Shown: in pieces, positions 12,258 to 29,009 of the stretch
Position numbering within the stretch: the stretch's first letter is position 1
Layout of the letters: every line of letters starts with the position of its first letter
NCBI RefSeq assembly: GCF_009914755.1
Contig: NC_060927.1
Length of the DNA: 64,000 nucleotides
Source of the DNA: the human T2T-CHM13v2.0 reference genome, Homo sapiens
Reading direction: 5' to 3' (one strand)
Position numbers and translations under genes: made by a program
Notes under the pieces: generated by a model
Database searches by the model: none
Told to the model about the DNA's origin: nothing
What the model saw: only the letters and a program-made list of their open reading frames with translations

Positions 12258-14990
12258 TGAGGTACCATTCCAGTCATTGTGCTATTTGAGGCCTGTGTAA
12301 CTTGGTTTTTTTGTCTTTTATTTTTGTTTTTTAAATTCTATTTTTGTTTTATAGGTCCTGTGTGATTTATGCTTTAAAGGGGTTCTGTTTGGATGTGTTT
12401 CCAGGATTTGTTTCAAGATTTAGAGCTCCTTTTAGCAGTTCCTTTAGTGTCAGCTTGGTAGTGGTGAATTCTCTCAGCATTTGTTTGTCTGAAAAAGGTT
12501 ATCTTTCCTTGATATATGATGCTTAGTTTCGCTGGATACAAAATTCTTGGCTGATAATTGTTTTGTTTGAGGAGACTGAAGATAGGGCCCCTATCCTTTC
12601 TAGCTTGTAGGGTGTCTGCTGAGAAATCTTCTGTTAATCTGATAGGTTTTCCTTTATAGGTTACTGTTGCTTTTATCTCACGGCTGTTAAGATTCTTTCC
12701 TTCATCTTAACTTTAGATAGCCTGATGACAATGTGCCTAGGCAATGATCTTTTTGCGATGAATTTCCCAGGTGTTCTTTATTCTTCTTGTATTTGGATGT
12801 CCAGATCTCTAGCAAGGCCAGGGAAGTTTTCCTCGATTATTCCCACAAATATGTTTTTCAGACTTTTAGATTTCTCTTCTTCCCCAGGAACACTGATTAT
12901 TGTTAGGTTTGGTTGTTTAACACAATCCCAGACTTCTTGGAGGCTTTGTTCATATTTTCTTATTCTTTTTTTGTCTGTGTTGGATTGGGTTAATTTGAAG
13001 ACCTTGTCTTCAAGCTCTGAATTTCTTTCTTCTACTTGTTAAGTTCTATTGCTGAGACTTTCCAGAGCATTTTGCATTTCTAAAAGTGTGTCCAATGTTT
13101 CCTGAAGTTTTGATTGTTTTTTCTTTATGGTATCTATTTCCTTCTTGTATTGTTTTTTGGATTTCCTTGCATTGGGCTTCGCCTTTCTCTGGTTTCTCCC
13201 TGATTAGCTTAATAACTAAGCTCCTGAATTCTTTTTCAGGTAAATCAGGGATTTCTTCTTGGTTTGGATCCATTGTTGGTGAGCTAGTGTGATTTTTTTT
13301 TGGGGGGGGAGGGGACGTGTGTTAAAGAGCCTTGTTTTGTCATATTACCAGATCCGGTTTTCTGACTCCTTCTCATTTGGGTAGGTTCTGTCAGAGGGAA
13401 GGTCTAGGGCTGAAGGCTGTCGTTTAGATTCTTTTGTCCCACAGTGTGTTCCCTTGATGTAATACTCTCCCCCTACTCCTATGGATGTGGCTTCTTGTGA
13501 GCCAAGATGCAGTGATTGTTATCTCTCTTCTGGGCCTAGCCATCCAGCAAGACTTCCTGGTTCTGGACTGGCATGGGGGGGTTGTCTGCACAGAGTCCTG
13601 TGATGTGAACCATCTATGGGTCTCTCAGCTATGGATACAGCACCTGTTCTGGTGGAGGTGGTGGGGGGGTGAAATGACTCTGTGAAAGTTGTTAGCTTTG
13701 GCAGTTTAATGTTCTATTTTTGTGCTGTGGTTGGCCTCCTGCCAGGAGGTGACACTTTCCAGAGAGCATCAGCTGTGGTAGTATGGAAAGGAACCGGCAG
13801 TGGACGGGGCCCTAGAACTCCCAAGATTATATGCCTTTTGTCTTCAGCTACCAGGGTGGATAGGGAAGGCGCATCAGCTAGGGGCAGGGCTAAGCGTGTC
13901 TGAGCTCAGAGTCTCCTTGGGTGGGTCTTGCTGCAGCTGCTGTGGGGGATGAGAGTGAGGTTCCCAGGTCAGTGGAGTTGTGTACCTAGGAGGATTATGG
14001 CTGCCTCTGCTGAGTCATGCAGGTTGTCAGGGAAGTGGGGGAAAGTCGGCAGTCATAGGCCTCACCCAGCTCCCATGCCATCTGAAGGGCCTGTCTCACT
14101 CTCACTGTGCCCCTGCTAACAGCCCTGAGTCTGTTTCCAGGTGGTGGGTGAGCAGGGCTTGAGAACTTGCGCCAGGCTACCCACCTCCCAGCTGCGAAGG
14201 AAAAGGGCTTTGGTTTTTCCCCCACCTGTGGAGTCTGCACACCAGATTCACACCCTCCCCTGAGTTCTGGCCAGAAGGCTTCTCGCCTGGTTCAAATTAT
14301 TACAAAGTTAAGCTGGAGATTTCCTTCTCCCTGTGGCATTTCCCCCCGTGCCTCTGGCCACTCTCCTGAAGGATCCCTGTGGTGCTAGGCAGGAATGGCC
14401 TGCCTGGGGACCCAGTGAGCTCCCAGGGCCTTTCCTGTTGCTTCTTCTACCCCTTTATTTTGCTCGGCACTCTAAATTGACTCAGCTCCAGGTAAGGTTG
14501 GAAACTTTCCCCACAAACTAGACCTTCAGTTTCTCCAGTGGGGGTGTGTAGTAGGGAGCAGAGGATCTCCGTTTCCCACTTTAGCAGTTTGGGCACTCAC
14601 AGCATTTGGGGTGTCTCCTAGGTCCTGCAGGAGCAGTCCACTTCCCTCAGAGGGTCTGTGGGTCCTCTCGGGATTCCAGGTTTGTTCTTGCAGTCGTTCT
14701 GGAGCTAAAATTCCCTATGCAAGCCTCAGCATGCTGCTCTGTCCATCCGAGTTGGAGCTGCAATCTAGTCCTGCCTCCCACCCACCATGATGAATAGACT
14801 TATTGTTTTTTAATCACAAAAGTAATACCTGTCTGTTGTAAAAACTTCAGTACCTTAATACAAAGAATAAAATATTAAAGTCCACCTCAACGAGCTTAGC
14901 ATTTTTTCAGAGATTCTTACCTTTTCGCAGACTTCTCTCCTCCAGTTACTTCCTCCCTTTCCTGCATCATCAATTTGTCCTTGTATTTGA

Positions 14991-15342
<352 letters not shown>

Positions 15343-15624
15343 GATTAATGCATTTTCTATTCCTTTTAAAGTCACCCAAGAAGGGCACTGCCTTCACTTC
15401 CATGGTATTGCTGCCAAAATACAAAACCGGAATAAAGCAGGAGGAACATTCTACAAAATACCTGATTAGTACACCTCTTCAGAAGTGTCAAGGTCATGAA
15501 AGGCAAAAAAGAGAGAGAGGCTGTCCCAGCTTGCAGGAGACAAAGGAGACATAATAATTTAATGCAAAATGTCCCTGGGCTGGATCCTAGACTAGGTAAT
15601 AGAAGGAAACTTGTGATAAAGACT

Positions 15625-16112
15625 ATTTTTTATCTGTTTCTGAGAAACAAATTATCCCCCAAACATAGCAGCTTAAAACTACAAACACAATCTCACACAG
15701 CTTCTGGGAATGGCTTAGCTGGGTGGTTCTGCCTTGGGGTCTCCAAGAGGTCTCAGTCAAACTGTCAGCTGGGGCTGCTGTCTTTGAAGACTACATGGGG
15801 TTGGAGGGTCCATTATACATGGACCTGGCTGTTGGCAGTTGGCTTCATTTCTTCAGCATATAGCCTTTTCTATAGGCTAATGATGTGGCTTACCCCCAGG
15901 GTAAGTGATGCAAGACACACACAGTGAGAATGACCTAGATAGAAGATGCAATATCTCTTATAACCTAATCTAGAAAGTGAGATACTATTACTTCTGCTGT
16001 ATTGTATTGGTCAGACTAACTAATCGTGGTACAATGTGGGAAGAAACTACATGAGGGCATGAATACCAGCAGGTGAAGCTCATTGGAGGCTATCTTAGAG
16101 GTGGGATACTAC
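15625..16112 (-). mobile_element. Old MaLR LTR (MLT1F/G-like)
   Basis: AACAAATTATCCCCCAAACATAGCAGCTTAAAAC...GAGGGCATGAATACCAGCAGG pattern. Confidence 0.6.
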
Positions 16113-16594
16113 AAAGAGTATTTAAGAAAAACTTAAAGCAAGCATCATATTTAAAGGTAGAACATTAGAGGCAACCCCATTCAAGTGAGGAACTAATGGA
16201 ATAAGACAAGGATGCCCACTATCACAGCTATTACAACTCTTATCAAATATGAAGAAGGCTTTCTTTGAGGACTGTTTATGATCTCTAGTATTGTTTGACT
16301 CTGACTTGTCCTTCAAGTTGAGTCCTGGCCGTAGGGGACAAATAGTGTTATGGGTGTGACTCTGGAGAGCCAAGCTCCTTTAATGAGACGGTGGCAAGTA
16401 AAAATATTTCTGAAGATCCATAAGTTAGAGTGTTAATAACAAACAACACTGTGAAAGGCATAAAATTAAACAAATGGTGATGGGTAGCAGTTCCTTTATT
16501 TAACAAAGAAATCTTTACACTCTTTTTGGGATATAAAATCCCAAAACTAACACAAACTCATCCCAGAAAACTAATCCCCAGCTAATACAGAAAC

Positions 16595-17997
<1,403 letters not shown>

Positions 17998-18539
17998 GCT
18001 AATAGAAAAAGCAAAAAGAATGCAGAAACATTGTTAATAGAAAGGTCCATAAAATCCTACTATCCCTAGAGATCATCACAGGAAATAGTTTGGGATATAG
18101 TTTTTTATATTTCTTTCTATGCATATACTAACAAATGCCTTTCTTTTATTTCCTTTCCTTTTTTAAAAAACAAACCAATGAGGTAACATTCTACACAGCC
18201 TAGCAACTTGTCTGCTTCATTTAATAATGTATTCAAGCAAGCCCTTTAAGAGTGAAAAGGATTTACTTTCATGCTACTGCCTTCTTTGAAGTAAAAATAG
18301 CAACTTTCCAGTAAAGTAAGTGACTTTTAGAAAAATTCTATTTGAAATAATCTTCTAGAAATGTCAATGTTAAATGTAATTCACGATAGGCAAGACAGAT
18401 TTTCAACCAAAATAAGGTTAGAGGCTGTATTTTGGGTAAATTAGAGAAAGGGGCACTCTAGTTATATATGGATGCACGTGACATACCTGAAGGCTAAACT
18501 GCATCAAGTGTGGCAGGTTAATATGCCAGCCAATGTTTC

Positions 18540-19025
18540 CATGGTATCAGTTTAAACTAAGCATCTGGTGTTCGGAGTGGGACCTGGTTGGAACCCTGTC
18601 TCCATCATCAACTACATATGTGACCTTAGGTAAGCTGTGTCCAACCTTTGGACCTCAGTGTCCTTGTCTTTGAAGAGGATTGGACTAGAAGTTCTAAGCT
18701 CTTTATGATCTTCCATTCTGCAACTTGAGAAGGGCACTATTCTGCCAGAATGGAGATCCAGTTTTGAATAACAAATCTTTGACTAATTTGCCTTATGACC
18801 TGAGCAAAACAGTCAGCTCTTTTGGGCCTCAGTTTATTTATCTGTAAAACGAGGAGATTGGACTAGAAAGGAGCTCTCACATTCTAGGACAGTGAGTCTT
18901 CAAATTGAATGTGTCTAGGATCAGTTAGGAGTCTTGTTAAAATTCAGAGTCTGATTCAGCAGGTCTAGGGCAGAGACTGAGTTTCTCATTTCCAGCAAAT
19001 TCCCAGGTGAGGCTGATGCTGGAGA
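18540..19025. mobile_element. MIR fragments followed by a MER5A-like hAT relic (~18895-19025)
   Basis: TGTGACCTTAGGTAAG; GGGCCTCAGTTTATTTATCTGTAAAA; CTGATTCAGCAGGTCTAGGG...CCCAGGTGAGGCTGATGCT...GACCACAC. Confidence 0.6.
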
Positions 19026-19192
19026 CCACACCTTGAATAACAAGGTATTTGGATGTTGAACTATTAGGAAACCTTGTTAAAGACATGGAAATGGGCAAAA
19101 GAGAATACTGTATGTCGCTTGGGTGGAGTATTGGGGGATTATCTGATGCTATAGGAGTGCATACATTTGCCTGCCTCTCTGTTAACTAGCTA

Positions 19193-20085
<893 letters not shown>

Positions 20086-20559
20086 TAATCATGGGACGAA
20101 TTTTGTTTGGTAGAGATACGATTTCAAGCCTGTAGGAAAGAAATGGCTCCCAAACATTACTTTTTCCTGTCCTATAGGATATTAACCAATTTTGCACAAT
20201 TGGCAAATTCATTTCAGTATTCTTGACTGCCCACATATATGAGTTCTTCAAGTTCTCCTTTAAATCGGTTTTACCTTTTTGAAAATTATGCTTTAACACC
20301 ACTGGTTCTTTGCAATTCTTTGATTTGTTGATTTATTACAAGCATGAAACACTTGCCGGCTGTGTGGCAGTGGGGGCATGGGATATACAAACTCCTCGAG
20401 GAAAGGGAAGGCATCATGCTTTCCTGACTCCCAGCACACTTGCCAGGTGAGAAAAGTACCTTACCCCAAACCTATTCTTGGCCAGGTAATTCCACCCCCC
20501 GCCCCAGGGCTAGAGGATTACGCAATATGGTGGAAGAAGGTGCCTCACTCATCATGAAG

Positions 20560-20680
20560 TCAATTAGGAATCAAGAGGTCGAGACCTGCCCAAGCCCAGG
20601 AGGCAGTTGTTGCTACGCTGGGATTCGAACCCTGGGGTCTGGGCTATATCCCAGGGCTCTTTTCACCAGCTGCCGCCTAG
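20560..20680 (-). mobile_element. MIR head fragment with an intact B box
   Basis: rc reads GAAAAGAGCCCTGGG...CCAGACCCCAGGGTTCGAATCCCAGC...CTTGGGCAGGTC, aligning by eye with the MIR tRNA-derived head. Confidence 0.6.
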
Positions 20681-20749
20681 TTTATTCTGAGGCCACTAAA
20701 TCAACGACTTTCATCCGTCTGCTATAACTGTAATAATTTGAGTCCCAGA

Positions 20750-21150
20750 CGTCTAGAGCTTTGCCGACACCAGAGCAGTTAAAGGGCGTGCCAGAGGCCG
20801 AGAGGCGGAGCCCCGGGCCGCCGCGCAGACGCCCCGCCCCGCCCGGCGGGCTGCTGGGAGTCGAGGACTGGGTTGCTCTCCTCCCTTCCCCGGTCCCGCC
20901 CCCGTCTGTCTGTGTCGACTGCGGACGCTATCGATAAAGTTGCTGTTTTGACAACATGGCGGCGCCCATGGTCCGTGGCCCGGCAGTGCTCGCCTAAAGG
21001 TGGAGAACGAGGAGTAGAGGAGCCACAGGCCAGAGCCTGTGAGCAGGTAAACCCCCGGACCGGGCGCAGCGAGATGAGAGACGAGGCCCAGTCTCCTCTT
21101 CCTCCGGCTCGGGAGATTCTGACTTGCTGAGGGCAGGAAGGGAAGGTGCG
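20750..21150 (+). promoter_or_regulatory. LARS2: CpG-island, TATA-less promoter of LARS2
   Basis: Only CpG-dense non-Alu stretch in the window; GC boxes CCCCGCCCCGCCC (~20832) and CCCGCCCC (~20895); YY1-type AACATGGCGGC (20953-20963); followed by a splice donor. Confidence 0.9.
20940..21046 (+). other. LARS2: LARS2 exon 1 (5'UTR); start approximate
   Basis: Donor GAGCAG|GTAAAC at 21046/21047 inside the CpG island; the TSS cannot be fixed from sequence alone. Confidence 0.75.
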
Positions 21151-22625
21151 GGCTGGGTTAGGTGGTCCTGGAACCTTGCAGTTTCGAAACTGAAAATATC
21201 TGAGATCTAGGTCTTCAGGACCTTTGAGCCACCGACCCCATTGATAGCTCTGGACTCTTTCCCAGAAAAATGCACATATACACGTAGTTTTGTACTCAAG
21301 CTCCCCTCTCCACTACTCCCCTACCCCAGATCTTTGCTCCCCGGACTAGGGGTTTGGACCCAGTTGAAGGTCATCCCTTGCCTCTCTGGGGCCCACAGGT
21401 CGTTTTCACGTTAGGGCTCGGAGGTCCTCAGAAAGATGAGGTTCCAGACGAGAAATCCGCCTGAGGTCACAGGTAAATTAGTAGCTGCAAAATCCAAGAT
21501 TTTTTTTGTTTTCACAAAACTTGGTTTCTTTAAGATGAATTTTTCCAGGTGCATTCTTGCACTTTCTTTTGAGTGTTGTACACAGATGTCCTCGTGTGCT
21601 TCTCCCCTGTGTCCTGTTTTTTTTTTTCTGCCTCCTACTCAGGAGAACAGAAAAGGAAGGTGGGTTTTGTCTCACGGGTCAAAACTTAGATCATCCCACA
21701 CACGCAGGGAAATGAATGACTCCCTTCTCAAGGCATCACTGTGGGCTCTGACGGCTCCAGCATTCAGCAGCCCGTCAGCTCTGCGTCCCAGCGCCTCTTC
21801 CGTGAAAGGGAAGCCCCTGTGACTGCATGATGCACAAGAAGGAAGGCGGTCTTGGGACCACGGCCTAGAGGGCGGCCAGGGCACTCCCTCCTGCCTGTGC
21901 AGGGCCCTTCCTATTCTCAAAAACCTTCACCTTAAGCTCCAACTGAGATTGAGGTCAGGGTTGATTCTAAAGAGGGGTGGAGTAGTGGGAATTGATTCTT
22001 TGGAAGGTTGTGGAAGAAGAGAAGAGTCTTCTTATCTTAGAAGAAGATTCTGAGCATCTAAGGACGGAACTGGAGGAGCCCGAGCTAAGGAAGTAAAGGG
22101 CCAAGTTGATCATAAATATAAGACATGAGCCACACCTTTCACATCGTCTTATTCTCACAGCCGTCTAATAAAATGGCTGCTCCTCGCTGTCAATAAGAGG
22201 CAGTCCATCAGGGCTTTGGTGGAGGGGTACTTGGAGTGGCCAAGAACAAGGCCTGGGAAGTAAGGGAAAGGAATAGGGCTGAACCCTAGGAAGTTGTGTA
22301 ATGAATCATAGCCATGAATACTGACTATATGTTGATTCTTATGAGTCCCCTTATGGAATTAGAACCTGAGTGGGGTCTTAGGGACTCCTAACTTCAAAGG
22401 ATATGAACTATTCTTAAAAAGGTCCTAACACAGGTTATCAGATTGCCCCCCACCCCCCAAAAAAAGGTGGAATCAGTTTACATTCCCACCAGCAGTTGTT
22501 TAAAAAATGCATATTTCTTTTCATTTGCCAATCTGGAAACTAAACTTTCATTGTTTTAATTTGCATTTATTTGATTAGTTGTAAAGTTGATCTTTTTCAT
22601 ATTAACTATATGTCCTCTTTATTAA

Positions 22626-23301
<676 letters not shown>

Positions 23302-23564
23302 CTTTGCCCATTTTTAAAATTCGATTTTTAGTGTTTCTTTTCACACACATGAGCTCAAGAGTAGAAACCTTTTGTTTTTGCAGTTTTGCTGAACATTTTC
23401 TCGTAGCTAATTGCTTGCTTTCCCATTCTGTTCTTAATGGTTTTGATATACAGATTTTTTAGCATCAGATTTATTAACATTTTCCTTTGTGAATTTTTTC
23501 ATTGTTTTTATACTCAGGACAGAACATCCTGCACCCTCTTAAGATTTATTAAATATTCATCTGT

Positions 23565-23911
<347 letters not shown>

Positions 23912-23944
23912 TTATTTATTTTATTTTATTTTTCTGCTTTTCAG

Positions 23945-24010
23945 ATCCAGACCTACAGATAAAAAACATTATTTAATCTATCTGGGATTTACTCCGGCTT
24001 ATGATTTGAG
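23945..24010 (+). other. LARS2: LARS2 exon 2 (66 nt, 5'UTR)
   Basis: Long T-rich tract TTTTTCTGCTTTTCAG| acceptor; donor TTGAG|GTGGGG; consistent with the recalled LARS2 mRNA leader. Confidence 0.75.
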
Positions 24011-24651
24011 GTGGGGCTCTAATTTTAAGTTTTTCTCTTATTTGTTGAATAATCTATTACTATCTAATCTGCTCCTGCTTTTTTAAAAAAATGAACTTTA
24101 AATGCTTTTAAATACCCAGATCTGTTTCAGGATTCTCTAGTTCACTGGTTTATTTAAGCAAAGCAGAGGTCATTAGTAAGCCAGGTATTATGTGAACATT
24201 TTTAGAAAGCTTATTCTTGTTGTGTAGACAGACAGTGTAGGCAGAGCAGTTCAAGTCACTGTATTTTATAATTTTGTTGTGCCCTTTTGTTTCTATTTGA
24301 GAGGATAGCCCAGAACACTCCTTAGGTGTTCTTTGGGGATGCTGTCTAGGAGAGAAGTGGCAAGCATCCATCTATGTGTCCTCTGCTAAACAGGCATTCT
24401 TTGGCTTGCAAAGGTATGAAAGTATTGACTTGGCAAGAGAACCATAAAATCTGTGACTTCTATATAATTAGGGAGTTCTAATTATAGCAACCTAAGCCCT
24501 AAAAATATATGCAATTGCCTTAAGTGTACAAAGCGTATGTATATTAGGTCAGTCATATGGAATTGCTAACATTTAACCAATTTCATATAGTTCAAATGCC
24601 TGTAATCAGATCTGTGTACTTTAAAATAGCCAAGCCCAACTAATAGAGAGA

Positions 24652-24956
24652 TTTCTTTTTTATCTTTTTTTTTTTTTTTTTGAGATGGAGTCTTGTTTTG
24701 TCGCCCAGGCTCTGGAGTGCAGTGGCGCTCACTGCAACCTCTGCCTCCCAGGTTCAAGTTATTCCTCTGCCTCAGCCACCCTAGTAGCTAGGATTACAGA
24801 TGCACGTCACCATGCCCAGCTAATTTTTGTATTTTTAGTAGAGAAGGGGTTTTGCCATGTTGGCCAGATTGGTCTCGAACTCCTGACCTCAGGTGATCCG
24901 CCTGCCTCAGCCTCCCAGAATGCTGGTGTTACAGACGTGAACCATTGCCCGTGGCC
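24652..24956 (-). mobile_element. Alu (AluSx-like)
   Basis: Alu body; TSD AGAGAGATTT. Confidence 0.95.
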
Positions 24957-25654
24957 TAAGAGAGATTTTTTTTTTTAAGTCTGCACTTTATTCTATCCCT
25001 GAAGAAGCAAGAGGTGTTTAATGTAGTGAGAACTGATAATGTCAATGACTTTGGCAGACCAACTTGTAAGATGCCCACATTATGTTGCTGTCTTATGTGA
25101 GTTTGAAACTCACTGTTATAAGCCTATATTGACCTTCCTGGCAACATTTGTGTTCTAGTACCTTTGTGAAACAGGCCAAATCCTGATAGAAGTGGAATTT
25201 TGAGAGAATCAAAGAACATCAGCTTAGAGTGCCGGGTTTCTTTATTTCTCTCTGGTTTTGAAAAGATCTGTTTTCATCTGTTTTTTCACTGTAGCACTTC
25301 TTGAATGCTGTTATGCCAGAAGGAGAAAGTTTAGGCTATTTAGTCTAGTATTTATATCTTAAATATTTGATAAAAATCTCACCTCAACCCTTTGAATAGC
25401 AATAAAACATGAAACTTCTTCAGTGAGGTCATTTCCAGTATTTACCTGTGGAAGAAGCCAACGAAACATTAAAATTGGATTTTGAATCACAACTGGATAT
25501 CCTGGTAGGCCCCAACCTATGAGTTGTATTTCAAAAAATAGCACTCACCGTGACCACATGTTATATATTTTTGTTTCTTATCTGCCTCCCTTATTGTTTG
25601 TTTCTTATCTGCTTCCCTGCTAGTATGTTAAGTGCTACGAAAGAAGGGACTCTG

Positions 25655-26030
<376 letters not shown>

Positions 26031-26045
26031 TCATTAAATATTTGG

Positions 26046-26212
26046 TGGTGGCTCACGCCTGTAATCCCAGCACTTTGGTAGGCTAAGGCAGGTAGATCGC
26101 TTGAGCCCAGGAGTCAGAGGTTACACTGAGGTATGATTATGCCACTGCACTCCAGCCTGAGTGAAAGAGCAGGACCCTGTCTCTAAAAAGTAAGTAAATA
26201 AATAAATAAATA
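26046..26212 (+). mobile_element. Free Alu monomer (FRAM/FAM-like)
   Basis: Single ~140-bp monomer plus (TAAA)n tail; TSD TAAATATTTGGT. Confidence 0.8.
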
Positions 26213-26810
26213 TTTGGTAAATGAAGGAGAAACTAAATGAATTAACAGTCTTCTAAATAATGGTTATTTTCTGGTTCAGCCTACAGGGTATATTTAACTC
26301 ATAATATGTATAAAAATTACTAATAGTAGTTCAGAATTTCTGGCCCTCCTGGGAGGCCTGTATTTAGACCCCTTCTGATATTTGAGCCTAACGCCAACTC
26401 AGCATGTGCTTGAGCTCTTCTGAGGCTTGAAGACATAAGAAGTGAAGCCTGCTGGAGAGTCCCTGGGCTGGCCCATGGGGAGGGGAGGGAGGGCACTCCA
26501 TGCCTTCCATGCAACTTGTGAGGTTGCGCAGGAGCTGGCCAGCTGATGGTCTCCATTTTTTCCTACAGGATTTTTGCATCTTTGATGTTAGGGGTTACTG
26601 ACCCTTTATATTTTCTATTAAAAAGTTTGTGTTTAGCTCAATTGAATTGCTAAAGTATTCTTTTCAGGGAAAGAAATTATTAAAAGTAAGAGGAAAGCAC
26701 AGGGCCAGAACACTGGACTGTGCCAAATGGAAAGATAAGCTCTGGGGAGGGTTTGAGGCAGCTCATAGTGTGCTTTCTGCCCTCTTTTTCAGGGCCTTCT
26801 CACCTTCTGA

Positions 26811-27340
<530 letters not shown>

Positions 27341-29009
27341 ATATGACAGACAGCAGCAAACCAGGTGTTCTAGAGCAACATTTACTGGGGAAGCTCATCA
27401 AAATAGGAGCTCTACCAGATGATGGGTCCTTTGTGGTCCATTGCATGGTGGGGCAGCACACAGGGATCTGGCAGGGTCATATCTGAGACTCCAGGAGAGG
27501 CACCTGGGCTCCTCGCTGGCTACATGTTCTGAGAAGTAACTGCCCCTTCCCTGGCAATCGTAGCCTCCAACTCTGTTCTGCTGCCTTAGCATCATGGTTT
27601 GGGGCACACCAGCCCTTTCACTGTTGTGAACTGGGGTAGGGTCTAACCTTGAGGTAGCAGCTACATGAGTTAGTGGACCCTTGGCTTCTGCACCAGGTAC
27701 ACCAGCTCGGCACTCTACCTGAATTAATGGTGGAAGCATAATACTTGGCTGCAGCCAGTTTCCACAGAGTGCTCTCTGTTCCTTTTCTGGGAGGCCAGCT
27801 TGCTGGGAATCAGTCTGGAACGTGTTAACCCTTACCTCTTGATACTGGTCAAAATGACAGCTGGGAGATGTGATTGTTACATGAAATGTTTGAATCTGAT
27901 TGGAGTTTTAAATTCTGATCATCTCTTTGTAGTAGTTATAGTCAAATAATACAAACCCTCTATGTTTAATAAAGAGATTAGGCCCAAGGCAAGCAGCTGA
28001 ATAAGTACAGCTGCACAAGACCACACCTCTCTAGACTTGCCTTTTCCCCATCTCCTGATTCGGTCAACACATTCATTCTTTCTGTGAGATTGGTGGTTAT
28101 GAAAAATGAGTAAGGGGAGGAGAGCTATTTGTGTTAAACTGAAAGATGATTTTGGGCAATGGTTAGAAAGAAAAATTGCTATTGAAAAAGATGTAGTGTG
28201 TAACAAGTAAAATGAAATGAAAAAAAGGGAAGGTTTGAATGTAATACATAATTTTACAATGAAAGCTTGACTTCTACCTTGTTAGGAAGTGAAAAGCCCT
28301 TGTGTCAACATCATCAGACTAATGTAACTTAATAGATTTTGAAAACAAACTCTTAAGGAGCAGTTTAATTCTGAGTGAGGACAGTAAAATTAGCTTTTTT
28401 TTCCCTTTTGGTTTAGATAATCATTTATTGACTTCCAAATGTTTTGATGTTGTAGCTTACTGATTTTGTGACATCTCATTCTTCTTAAGCATACAGTTTT
28501 TTAAAATATCAAATGGATCAAAATAAATTGTTTTAGCAATTGGGGAGATAGCATAAGGGGCATTGTGTGTGATCCCCTGGCAGCCCCCTATCAGGGTTTG
28601 AATCAAGGAATGGCAAAGCAGAGTGAGCACTCAGTGAGTGAGCCAGAGCCTGGGCTGCAATGCTGGCTCTGCCCCAGGAAACCTGTGTGATCCAGGCCAC
28701 ATCATTTAATGTTTTGGATTCTGGGCTCCTTGCATTGTTTATCTCACAGAATTGTTTTGAAAATCAAATGAGAAAATGTGTGACAAAATGCATTTTACAA
28801 ACTGAAGTGGTACATAAATAAAAGATACACAAAGATCAGAACGTGGTGTGTCTATCAGGACCTGAGACTATGACGGAATGCTCATGGATTTTGAAGCATT
28901 TATAATCGATCTCACTCTGGTATCAGATTCACTTGAAATCCACTCACATAAGTTTTTTGAAATGGAATGTCTTGAAATCACCATATTTATCATTTAAAAA
29001 ATAATTTGC

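Noticed and set aside
20621-20631. tRNA gene suggested by the GGTTCGAATCC T-loop motif
   Set aside because: No cloverleaf or acceptor stem; flanks match a MIR head.
20956-20997. uORF as a leucine-sensing attenuator for a LeuRS gene
   Set aside because: Only one Leu codon, and cytosolic translation does not use the mt-tRNA-Leu charged by LARS2.
20750-21150. NRF1 site expected for a nuclear-encoded mitochondrial gene
   Set aside because: No canonical TGCGCATGCGCA seen; only partial GCGCA matches.
21436-21822. 128-aa ORF in intron 1 near the promoter
   Set aside because: No recognisable domain; runs through a T-rich tract; length is compatible with chance.
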